Shown here piece after piece: positions 25,380-32,219 of a stretch of DNA of 36,894 nucleotides. The translations under genes and the position numbers were made by a program. The notes under the pieces are model-generated. The model was given only the letters and a program-made list of their open reading frames with translations. It did no database searches and was not told the origin of the DNA. This stretch comes from Elusimicrobiota bacterium (lineage in GTDB: Bacteria; Elusimicrobiota; Elusimicrobia; Elusimicrobiales; UBA9959), in contig DAOWGR010000023.1 of NCBI GenBank assembly GCA_030637365.1, forward strand, positions 1 to 36,894, written 5' to 3'. Position 1 is the stretch's first letter. Each line of letters starts with the position of its first letter.

Positions 25380-27611
25380 TTAAAATTTAAGCGTTAAGCC
25401 TCCGTATATGCTGATCGGGTCCTGAGGAGACGCTCCAAAACCTTCGTCCGGAGCTCTTGTGGGATTGGAGTAACGGGCATTTGTCAGATTTTGTATGTTT
25501 AAAAATATTGAAAGCTCCTTGTCTCCAATCGGTATATCATTGTATTTGGCATAAAAATTCATAATGGCGAAAGGGTCGCTGCTTTGCTTTGTTCCGCTGA
25601 TGAGGTTTCTGTTATAACTGCGCGATTGATATATAAAACGAGGAGAAATGCTCCATCTGCCAAATGTCGCGTCCACTCCCGCTCGGGCGGAGTCTTTCGC
25701 GCTGTAGGAAAGAAATGTGGCCCCTTCCGAATAACCCTCGGAATATGTATAAGCCGCGTAAATCACCATGTCAATTTTGCCGAGGTTTGTGATGGCGTCC
25801 ATGCGCAGTGTTCCGCCGTAAATTCTGCCGATATCGTCAGTGTTTACAAAGGTTTGAATATAAGAGACCGGAACACCCTTGAAAGATGTTATGGTTTTAT
25901 CCCTTTTTGTTCTAATCATGTCATAAACATAAGAGTTATAACCATTGAAGCTTAACCAGAATGTATCGGTGAATTTATAACTTGCTTCCAATTGAAATGA
26001 ACGGATTTTTTCCGGTTTTAAATCCGTATTGGGAAGATAAAAATAAGAGCTTCTAAGGCCCGTAACGGTGTTTGTGTCCGCGTAAAAAGAGCCGTAATGC
26101 TGATAGGTTTTATCGGGAGAAGGAGCAAGGAAGGCTTCTCCGTAAAGCAATTTGAAGTTAGTTTTTTTATGCGGTTTAAATACAAGGCCTGCTCTGGGAT
26201 TGAGGTAGTCTCCGTAACGGCTATTACGGTCATAACGGATTCCGAGTGTGGCTTGGACGGCGGAATACTCTTTAAAATTAAATTGCGCGTAGGCTCCGGT
26301 ATTGCTGTATTCATTAAAATAGAAATCCTGTGAAATTCCCAGATAAGTTCCCGAACTGTCGTATATATCGGAGCCCGGATAGACGAAACCTTGAGAATCC
26401 GCGCTTAAATCTCTATTGTAAGCGCTTGAAAGGTCGGCGGTGCGCGGCAGAACCAGGTGATCTTGATAAGACAGGCCGAAAAGAAAGAGGCTTTCTTCGC
26501 CTATTTTACAGTTTGCTTTTTCTTCAATTACGGAGCTTTTATCCCTAGCGTATTTATACGCGTCATCATAGTTTGAATAAATATTAATAAATTTGGTTTC
26601 GGGATCCAATTCATAGAAATGAGACGATAATGATGTGTTAAATGTCCACTTTTCGTTTTCGGAGCGATAAATATGGTTGCCGGAAAGAGTTTCATAATTT
26701 GTTTTGACAATCGCGTCTTCGGCATATAAAGAGTATTCCGGCTTCATTCCAAGCGAGGAAGAATGAGATTCCGACATTTTTACCCAGCCCAATTCAAAAT
26801 TGTTCATGCTTAGCCGGACATGAGTAAAAAAAGCGTTTTCATCGGCATTAAAGTCGCGGAACGGAACAGTGGTTTCTCCTGTAAAAGTTTTCATTCTTCC
26901 TGTTTGGTATTCTGAATTGTACCATGAAAAATCGCTTGAATGATATTTTGGCATGGAAGGTCCGTCCGAATGATAACTGTCGGCGGTTACGGAAAAAAAC
27001 GCATTTTCCAGAAATCTAATTTTGCCGCCCGCGACAGCGGAATAGTTTTGCGTATTGTAATTTCCATAGGAGCCGGAAAGATTTTGATTTTCCAAGTCTT
27101 CACCGCTTTTAGTGACGATATTTATTACTCCCGTGAAAGCGTCCGCTCCGTATAATGCCGACATCGGTCCCAGCACTATTTCCACTCTTTTGGCGTTTTT
27201 GAGGGAAAATTGTCTTCCCAGAGTGTAAAAATTCCCCGTAACGGGAGTGACTTGCATGCCGTCAATGAAAATTTGAATTCGTTCATTGCCGTTTATGCCT
27301 TGTACTGTCAAAATATTGCCGGTATCCGTTCCGGCCAAGTGCGCTATTTCTATTTGAGGCATATCCTCAAGAAGGTCAAGCAAAGTGGAGTAGCCTCGGG
27401 CTTTGATGGTTTCTTCGGTTATAACATGGGCCAATGCGCCAGACTCCGATGGTTTCTCGTCCGTAAAAGAAGACGCTTTTATCGGAACATTCAGCAGAGC
27501 TTCCAGCGTTAGTCCTTCAAGTTCCGAGGCAAAAGCTGAGGTGCGGCCAAATGGAGCGAGAGTTTCGGTGGCCGCGATTATCGCTATAAGAAAAAATTTT
27601 ATCGGTTTCAT
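25380..27611 (-). CDS. TonB-dependent outer-membrane receptor
   Basis: Signal peptide. Plug domain ITEETIKARGYSTLLDLLEDMPQIEI...VEIVLGPMSALYGADAFTGVINIVTK. A long beta-rich barrel ends in the terminal aromatic residue ...GGLTLKF. Confidence 0.9.
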   Translation of the reverse strand: MKPIKFFLIAIIAATETLAPFGRTSAFASELEGLTLEALLNVPIKASSFTDEKPSESGALAHVITEETIKARGYSTLLDLLEDMPQIEIAHLAGTDTGNILTVQGINGNERIQIFIDGMQVTPVTGNFYTLGRQFSLKNAKRVEIVLGPMSALYGADAFTGVINIVTKSGEDLENQNLSGSYGNYNTQNYSAVAGGKIRFLENAFFSVTADSYHSDGPSMPKYHSSDFSWYNSEYQTGRMKTFTGETTVPFRDFNADENAFFTHVRLSMNNFELGWVKMSESHSSSLGMKPEYSLYAEDAIVKTNYETLSGNHIYRSENEKWTFNTSLSSHFYELDPETKFINIYSNYDDAYKYARDKSSVIEEKANCKIGEESLFLFGLSYQDHLVLPRTADLSSAYNRDLSADSQGFVYPGSDIYDSSGTYLGISQDFYFNEYSNTGAYAQFNFKEYSAVQATLGIRYDRNSRYGDYLNPRAGLVFKPHKKTNFKLLYGEAFLAPSPDKTYQHYGSFYADTNTVTGLRSSYFYLPNTDLKPEKIRSFQLEASYKFTDTFWLSFNGYNSYVYDMIRTKRDKTITSFKGVPVSYIQTFVNTDDIGRIYGGTLRMDAITNLGKIDMVIYAAYTYSEGYSEGATFLSYSAKDSARAGVDATFGRWSISPRFIYQSRSYNRNLISGTKQSSDPFAIMNFYAKYNDIPIGDKELSIFLNIQNLTNARYSNPTRAPDEGFGASPQDPISIYGGLTLKF

Positions 27612-27739
27612 AAAATCTCCTGTTAAAAACAGATGGCGCTATTGCCTGTGTTTTCGTTTACGGATTTCATTCGCTTTTATCCGTCTGTGGTCTCGTCCGC
27701 GTTGTGAAGCCGCGGAAGGACAAATAGACCGGGCGAATT

Positions 27740-28195
27740 TTATTTATACGCGTTTTTAGGCATCATTTTGACAATTAAAAACCAGAAATTTTCCATCGTT
27801 CTCATTACATTTTCAAAATCCTCCATTTTGACCGGCTTGGAGATAAAACAGTTCGCGTGATGATTATAGGTTTTTATGACATCTTCATCGGCTTTGGAAG
27901 AGGTCAGTATTATGACGGGAATAGTTCTTAATTCAGGGTCTTCTTTTATTTCCGTGAGCACTTCATGGCCGTCTTTTTTTGGGAGGTTTAAATCCAGAAG
28001 AATAATGTCCGGCCTGGGAGAATTCATATATTCCCCTTCTTTGCGCAGATATGCCATGGCCTCCACTCCGTCCGCGGCCACACTGATATTATTTTTTACT
28101 TTAGCCTTTTTGAATACCTGCAGGATAAAAAATGTGTCATCATCATTATCCTCCACCAGAAGTATTTCAATAGGTTCATGGTTGATTTTATCCAT
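27740..28195 (-). CDS. Stand-alone CheY-like response-regulator receiver
   Basis: EILLVEDNDDDTFF, DIILLDLNLPKKDG, PVIILTSS and CFISKP. ATG at 28195 is preceded by GGGGG. The ORF-track start at 28222 is an upstream extension. Confidence 0.9.
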   Translation of the reverse strand: MDKINHEPIEILLVEDNDDDTFFILQVFKKAKVKNNISVAADGVEAMAYLRKEGEYMNSPRPDIILLDLNLPKKDGHEVLTEIKEDPELRTIPVIILTSSKADEDVIKTYNHHANCFISKPVKMEDFENVMRTMENFWFLIVKMMPKNAYK

Positions 28196-28302
28196 GGTGC
28201 CCCCAAATTTTAAATTTATCATCCGGCGTTATTTTCAGCGCCAAACGATTGTTGCGTCGCGATTAAAACAATAATTTCCCTCACACATATTTTACTTCAA
28301 AT

Positions 28303-28473
28303 TTAATAAAAAAAACAGTGCCGGCGCGAGCGCGTTAAATTTTTACGATTATTCTCATCAATAAAACCGCCGCATGGCGAATAACATTCAATTATCCCTT
28401 TAGGGCAGTCGATTTCACCGAATACCGTTAAGGGCAATGAGCATAATGCCAGGGCGAATATAATTTTTTTTAC
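28303..28473 (-). pseudogene. Truncated paralogue of the 5' end of the Cys-rich membrane protein gene (22474-23121); start codon apparently lost
   Basis: Minus-strand translation is VKKIIFALALCSLPLTVFGEIDCPKGIIECYSPCGGFIDENN...*, compared with MKKIAFAMILCSLPLTVFGESACPKGLTECDAPCGMCVDKDN in the full gene. GTA occupies the ATG position. Nucleotide similarity also extends about 35 nt upstream. Confidence 0.6.
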
Positions 28474-28525
28474 AAGGTTAACTCCGGATAAAGTTTACAG
28501 ATTACAGGTTAAATTTTGGCGCGTA

Positions 28526-29305
28526 TTATATGGAAGAAGTTTCTATCGCGATATCAATTAATTTTTTTAATTTTTGTTTGACATGTTTTGAATCAAACTG
28601 CGGGTCCCATTTGTCTTCCCCCAAAATATCCGAAACCACCAGGCAAGAAGCCATTTTCACTTTTCTGAATTCCGCGACCGCGAAAAGCGCTGATGTTTCC
28701 ATGTCCACCGTTTTGATGCCTTCTTGCTTATAGTGTTTGATTTCGGAGATTGTTTCTCTATAAGGAGCGTCAATGGTCCAAGTCGCGCCCATTTCAAAAT
28801 CAATATTGTTTTTCTCCAATGATTTTTTAAACATTGAGGTTAATTTTTTGCTTGGATAGCTGTATTTTCCATGAGGCAAATAGTGATAGCTGACGCCTTC
28901 GTCTCGCAGAGCTTTTTCACAAAGAAATATGCCGAAATTTTTCAAGCCTCCGCAGGAACCAATGTTTAAAAATTGGTTTCCTCCCAATGAAATCAGTTCT
29001 TCAAGCACAGTGGTGGCGTTTGGCGCGCCAATGCCGGTCATTTGAACCAAAGCGATATCTTTATGCCGGTAAATTGTGATTAGTCTGTGCATTTTGATTA
29101 TTTTGGGTGAGTATTTTTTTTCAAAATAATTCAGCAAATAAGGATAATATATGAGAATATATTTGGATGGCTTGTTTTTTGTTTCTTCTTTCGCGTATTT
29201 GCTCCAGCTAATGGAATCTGATGGAGAAAATAAAGCTTTTTCAAAATATTTGTTTTTAAAATTGGGATAGCCCATAATAATATCGGAAATTGATTGGCGC
29301 GCCAA
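28526..29305 (-). CDS. Nucleoside phosphorylase family protein (PNP_UDP_1; uridine/purine nucleoside phosphorylase-like)
   Basis: GIGAPNATTVLEELISLGGNQFLNIGSCGGL and VDMETSALFAVAEF are family signatures. The start is either TTG at 29305 or ATG at 29275. Confidence 0.7.
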   Translation of the reverse strand: MARQSISDIIMGYPNFKNKYFEKALFSPSDSISWSKYAKEETKNKPSKYILIYYPYLLNYFEKKYSPKIIKMHRLITIYRHKDIALVQMTGIGAPNATTVLEELISLGGNQFLNIGSCGGLKNFGIFLCEKALRDEGVSYHYLPHGKYSYPSKKLTSMFKKSLEKNNIDFEMGATWTIDAPYRETISEIKHYKQEGIKTVDMETSALFAVAEFRKVKMASCLVVSDILGEDKWDPQFDSKHVKQKLKKLIDIAIETSSI

Positions 29306-29333
29306 AATTTTATTTTTTAGCGTTTAAAAAAAT

Positions 29334-29352
29334 ACGGAAGGGGAGGGATTCG
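29334..29352 (-). repeat. 19-nt duplicate of the tRNA-Ser 3' end (att-like scar)
   Basis: ACGGAAGGGGAGGGATTCG at 29334-29352 is identical to 29503-29521, which covers the T-loop/T-stem 3' half, the acceptor 3' strand, the discriminator and one further nt of the tRNA. Confidence 0.8.
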
Positions 29353-29503
29353 CCTACTGCATTCACAGAGTTCACTGCGTAGGCTCCCCTTCGCTCACTG
29401 GCAGCATAGCTTTTTCCTCGCAACGCTCGGCGTTCGCTACGCTTCGAATCCCTACGCAAGTCAAATTGTTGACTTGCTCTTTTCGCAAGTTGGAAATATC
29501 AAA

Positions 29504-29591
29504 CGGAAGGGGAGGGATTCGAACCCTCGAAAGCCATTAAGACTTTACCGGTTTTCAAGACCGGCTCCTTAAACCGCTCGGACACCCTTCC
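29504..29591 (-). tRNA. tRNA-Ser (anticodon UGA), class II with long variable arm
   Basis: Minus strand reads GGAAGGG-TG-TCC-GAGCGGTTTAA-GGA-G-CCGGT-CTTGAAA-ACCGG-TAAAGTCTTAATGGCTTTC-GAGGG-TTCGAAT-CCCTC-CCCTTCC-G. The 7-bp acceptor, 3-bp D stem, 5-bp anticodon stem, 6-bp variable stem, T-arm and G73 all fold. CCA is not encoded. Confidence 0.95.
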
Positions 29592-29636
29592 AGAAGCATA
29601 ATTATACAAAATTTGAAAAATATAGCTTATAATGAG

Positions 29637-29775
29637 AGGAGGCTTTTTTATTTAATGTATAATCATTATATTAAGGGAAATAAACCGCTTATTTGAGTTC
29701 ACGGAGGAGCGTTGTTAAATGCTCCGGAAAACACTCTTGTCGCTTCTACAAAGGCTTTTGAAAATGGAACCGATA
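29637..29775 (+). pseudogene. Degenerate duplicate of the glpQ promoter plus first 35 or so codons
   Basis: Aligns base by base with 30537-30673 (TTAATGTATAATC identical; roughly three quarters identity overall by eye). The ATG position is mutated, there is one extra nt, and a TGA stop follows KGNKPLI. Confidence 0.7.
29658..29663 (+). promoter_or_regulatory. Candidate -10 box (TATAAT) in the duplicated glpQ leader, now upstream of the receiver gene
   Basis: Consensus TATAAT preceded by TG. An identical box lies at 30556-30561. No good -35 box was seen. Confidence 0.3.
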
Positions 29776-29790
29776 TGGAGGAAAAAAATT

Positions 29791-30432
29791 ATGTCTAAAA
29801 AAAACATGAAAATTCTTATTGTGGAGGACAATCCCGACGATCTTTTTCTGCTCATAAAAGAGCTGAAAAAGTCGCGCTTATCCGACATAAAACCGGAAAC
29901 GGCCGATACCGTGAAAGCGGCCCTTGAAATTTTAAAAAAGAAGCGATTTGATTGTATTCTTTCCGACCTTTCCCTTCCCGATACCCATGACGGAGTAGAT
30001 ACTTTTACGCGGATTAACGGGGCCGCCCCGCAAATCCCCATAATATTGCTGACGGCGTTTGACAGCGAAACGCTCGCGCTGAAACTCGTTAAGAAAGGGG
30101 CTCAAGATTACATTGTCAAGGGAAAGTTCACTCCCGAACTGTTGGCGCGTTCGATTTTTTACGCCATAGAACGCAAAGCTTTGAACGACAGGCAGGAGGA
30201 TTTGATCGCGCGGCTCAAGAAGGCGCTTAAAGAAATAAAGACGCTGTCGGGCTTGTTGCCCATATGCGCGAGCTGTAAAAAGATAAGGGACGACAAAGGG
30301 TATTGGCACATGGTGGAGACTTATATATCCTCCCACGCGAATGTTGAATTCACGCATGCCATTTGCCCCGACTGCATGGAAGAGCTTTATCCTGAATTTC
30401 TGGATAAAAAAGATAAAAAACCGAAAAAATAA
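29791..30432 (+). CDS. Response-regulator receiver fused to a C-terminal CxxC...CxxC module
   Basis: ATG at 29791 lies 9 nt after GGAGG. MKILIVEDNPDDL, CILSDLSLPD, IILLTAF and YIVKG. C-terminus LLPICASCKKIRDDKGYWHMVETYISSHANVEFTHAICPDCMEE. The ORF-track start at 29719 lies within the glpQ pseudo-fragment. Confidence 0.9.
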   Translation: MSKKNMKILIVEDNPDDLFLLIKELKKSRLSDIKPETADTVKAALEILKKKRFDCILSDLSLPDTHDGVDTFTRINGAAPQIPIILLTAFDSETLALKLVKKGAQDYIVKGKFTPELLARSIFYAIERKALNDRQEDLIARLKKALKEIKTLSGLLPICASCKKIRDDKGYWHMVETYISSHANVEFTHAICPDCMEELYPEFLDKKDKKPKK

Positions 30433-30555
30433 ATAGCCGATTAAAGAGTTTTTGCCAATCGGCTGATGCTTTAATAGCGAGGCGTTAACCTTCAATTTCC
30501 ATCCCCTTGCGCGTTAAGCGTTGCTTATTTCGGCCTGAGGGGCTTTAAGTTAATG

Positions 30556-30561
30556 TATAAT
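30556..30561 (+). promoter_or_regulatory. Candidate -10 box (TATAAT) 8 nt upstream of the glpQ ATG
   Basis: TATAAT ends at 30561 and the ATG is at 30570, with no Shine-Dalgarno between them. This would imply a leaderless or near-leaderless glpQ mRNA. Confidence 0.3.
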
Positions 30562-30569
30562 CTTTTACT

Positions 30570-31331
30570 ATGGGGAATAAACCTTTAATTTTGGCTCACA
30601 GAGGAGCGCTGCTAAATGCGCCCGAAAATACGCTTAAGGCGTTTATGAGGGCTTTTGAAAATGAAGCCGATGGCATTGAATGCGATATCAGAATTACCAA
30701 AGACGGCGAGTTTATAGCTTTTCATGATGAAACCACCGAACGCGTTGCGGGCGTAAATTGGCAGATAAAGAAAACAAAATACGCTCAATTAAGAAACATT
30801 GAAGTTTTTGGCAAAGAACCCATAGCTCATTTGGACGATATTTTAAAACTTCTTTTAAAATGGCCGGATAAATTATGTTTTTTTGAAGTGTGCTTTGATG
30901 ACTCCGATGATGTTGAACGCCTGACTCAAAAAGTAAAAGAGGCCGGTCTCGCGAAGCGTTCCTATATTTTGACTTTTTCAAACAGAAAACATTTATTAAA
31001 AAGAGCTAAAGAAGCCGCGCCTGAAATGGGCATATCGGTTATGCCGCTATTGCCGACAAAAATTATTCAGACCGCTCGCAAAGCCGGCGCTAATTCCGTT
31101 TGCGCGGGCTGGGTTGATTTGCCGGGAGCGAAACAATTGTTTACAATGTCGGCAAAACTTTATAATTTTAAAAAACAAATCAGAGACGCGAAGAAACTTG
31201 ATATTTTTGTAAGCGGCGGAGTGGCCAATACCCATAAAGAAATTGAATGGTTTTGCGAGCAAGGCATTGAAGGCGTATGGACTGATGATGTCTTGCTGGC
31301 TTTGGAAGTGATACGAGGCTCTGAGAAATAA
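30570..31331 (+). CDS. glpQ: Glycerophosphodiester phosphodiesterase
   Basis: ILAHRGALLNAPENTLKAF, ADGIECDIRITKDGEFIAFHDETTER (the HRG / E-D / HD GDPD motifs). Confidence 0.85.
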   Translation: MGNKPLILAHRGALLNAPENTLKAFMRAFENEADGIECDIRITKDGEFIAFHDETTERVAGVNWQIKKTKYAQLRNIEVFGKEPIAHLDDILKLLLKWPDKLCFFEVCFDDSDDVERLTQKVKEAGLAKRSYILTFSNRKHLLKRAKEAAPEMGISVMPLLPTKIIQTARKAGANSVCAGWVDLPGAKQLFTMSAKLYNFKKQIRDAKKLDIFVSGGVANTHKEIEWFCEQGIEGVWTDDVLLALEVIRGSEK

Positions 31332-31363
31332 TTATTTCTTAGAGCGCCTAAATAGGGGGAAGC

Positions 31364-32056
31364 ATGGTTAAATATTCGGCTTGTATTGCGGTGGCGCTGG
31401 CGATAGTATATGGAATAATACTTTCATATCCGGGAATGTTTTTTAAGTATAGTTATGAGTATAAAAACATGACCGTTTACAGCCATGAAACCCTAAAAGG
31501 CGATATTGACGGTGTTTGGGATGCCGTTCATGAGAAGATGGTTTTATCCGAATTTTTTAATCCCGATTTTAAATTTTGTTTTTATATTGTAAAAGGTTTA
31601 AAGGAATACTCTTTTTTAACCGCCTTTAAAGGAAAAAATTATTCTTATCTCTGTCCGTTAAGCGGCAAGATTTTTTTGGTTTCGGCCGATTTTGAAAAAA
31701 ACGAAGCAAATTGTAAAAATTGCGATGAAAAAAGCGTCAGGGATTTGGATATTATCATGGCGAGCGCGGCAATGAAGAGTATTCTCCGGCAAAATTCCGA
31801 ATTTTTAAAATATATATTCATTAGTGAATGGAAAAAAGAAGGCTATGGGGAGTATATCGCGGGTGAAAGCGGATATTTTGAATTTTCGGAAATATGCGGA
31901 AACGAAACGGATAATCTGTGGCTGGAATTTTATAAGCGCCATCTTGCCATGAAAATGCTGATGATTGAGGATAAATATTCATTTGCCGCCGTTCTTGAAA
32001 AAAATGTCAGTTATGAAGGCATGCTAAAGCGTCTTAAAGAAAGGCATTGCAGATAG
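31364..32056 (+). CDS. Hypothetical membrane-anchored protein (one N-terminal TM), paralogue starts at 36796
   Basis: N-terminal TM ACIAVALAIVYGIILSYPGMFF. ATG is preceded by GGGGGAAG. No family recognised. Confidence 0.6.
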   Translation: MVKYSACIAVALAIVYGIILSYPGMFFKYSYEYKNMTVYSHETLKGDIDGVWDAVHEKMVLSEFFNPDFKFCFYIVKGLKEYSFLTAFKGKNYSYLCPLSGKIFLVSADFEKNEANCKNCDEKSVRDLDIIMASAAMKSILRQNSEFLKYIFISEWKKEGYGEYIAGESGYFEFSEICGNETDNLWLEFYKRHLAMKMLMIEDKYSFAAVLEKNVSYEGMLKRLKERHCR

Positions 32057-32219
32057 TTAGTCGCTGGCGGAGCCCTTTTAATTCCCGAAGAAAAATAAAA
32101 TCATATGCCGTTCTCTCTCTTTCATTTTTGGGCCGTATGCTCGCGCGGCTTTCGCTGCGAATAAAAAACTCAAAAAAATCGGGGAAGAATTTCAATTATA
32201 GGCTGGAATGATTTTTTGG

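Noticed and set aside
27612-27739. Possible cobalamin, TPP or other riboswitch in the 128-nt leader of the TonB-dependent receptor gene.
   Set aside because: I could find no B12-box-like sequence, no GCCACTG core, and no TPP CTGAGA / ACCTGATCTGGATAATGCCAGCG-type motif. Only two short generic hairpins are present, and the leader is short for a cobalamin riboswitch. An Rfam cmscan would settle this.
29443-29455. The plus-strand sequence CTTCGAATCCCTA resembles a tRNA T-loop and might indicate a second, plus-strand tRNA or pseudo-tRNA between the tRNA-Ser repeats.
   Set aside because: I could not fold flanking sequence into a T-stem, an acceptor stem or an anticodon arm. It is more likely a scrambled fragment within the att-like scar.
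29932-30495. 187-aa minus-strand ORF opposite the receiver gene.
   Set aside because: It is fully antisense to a CDS with unmistakable receiver and CxxC motifs, and I recognise no motif in it.
31319-31344. Hairpin TCTGAGAAATA-ATTA-TATTTCTTAGA spanning the glpQ stop codon, as a possible terminator.
   Set aside because: It is an AT-rich 11-bp stem with a G-U pair and no downstream T-run. The next gene starts 20 nt later on the same strand. It is too weak to call.
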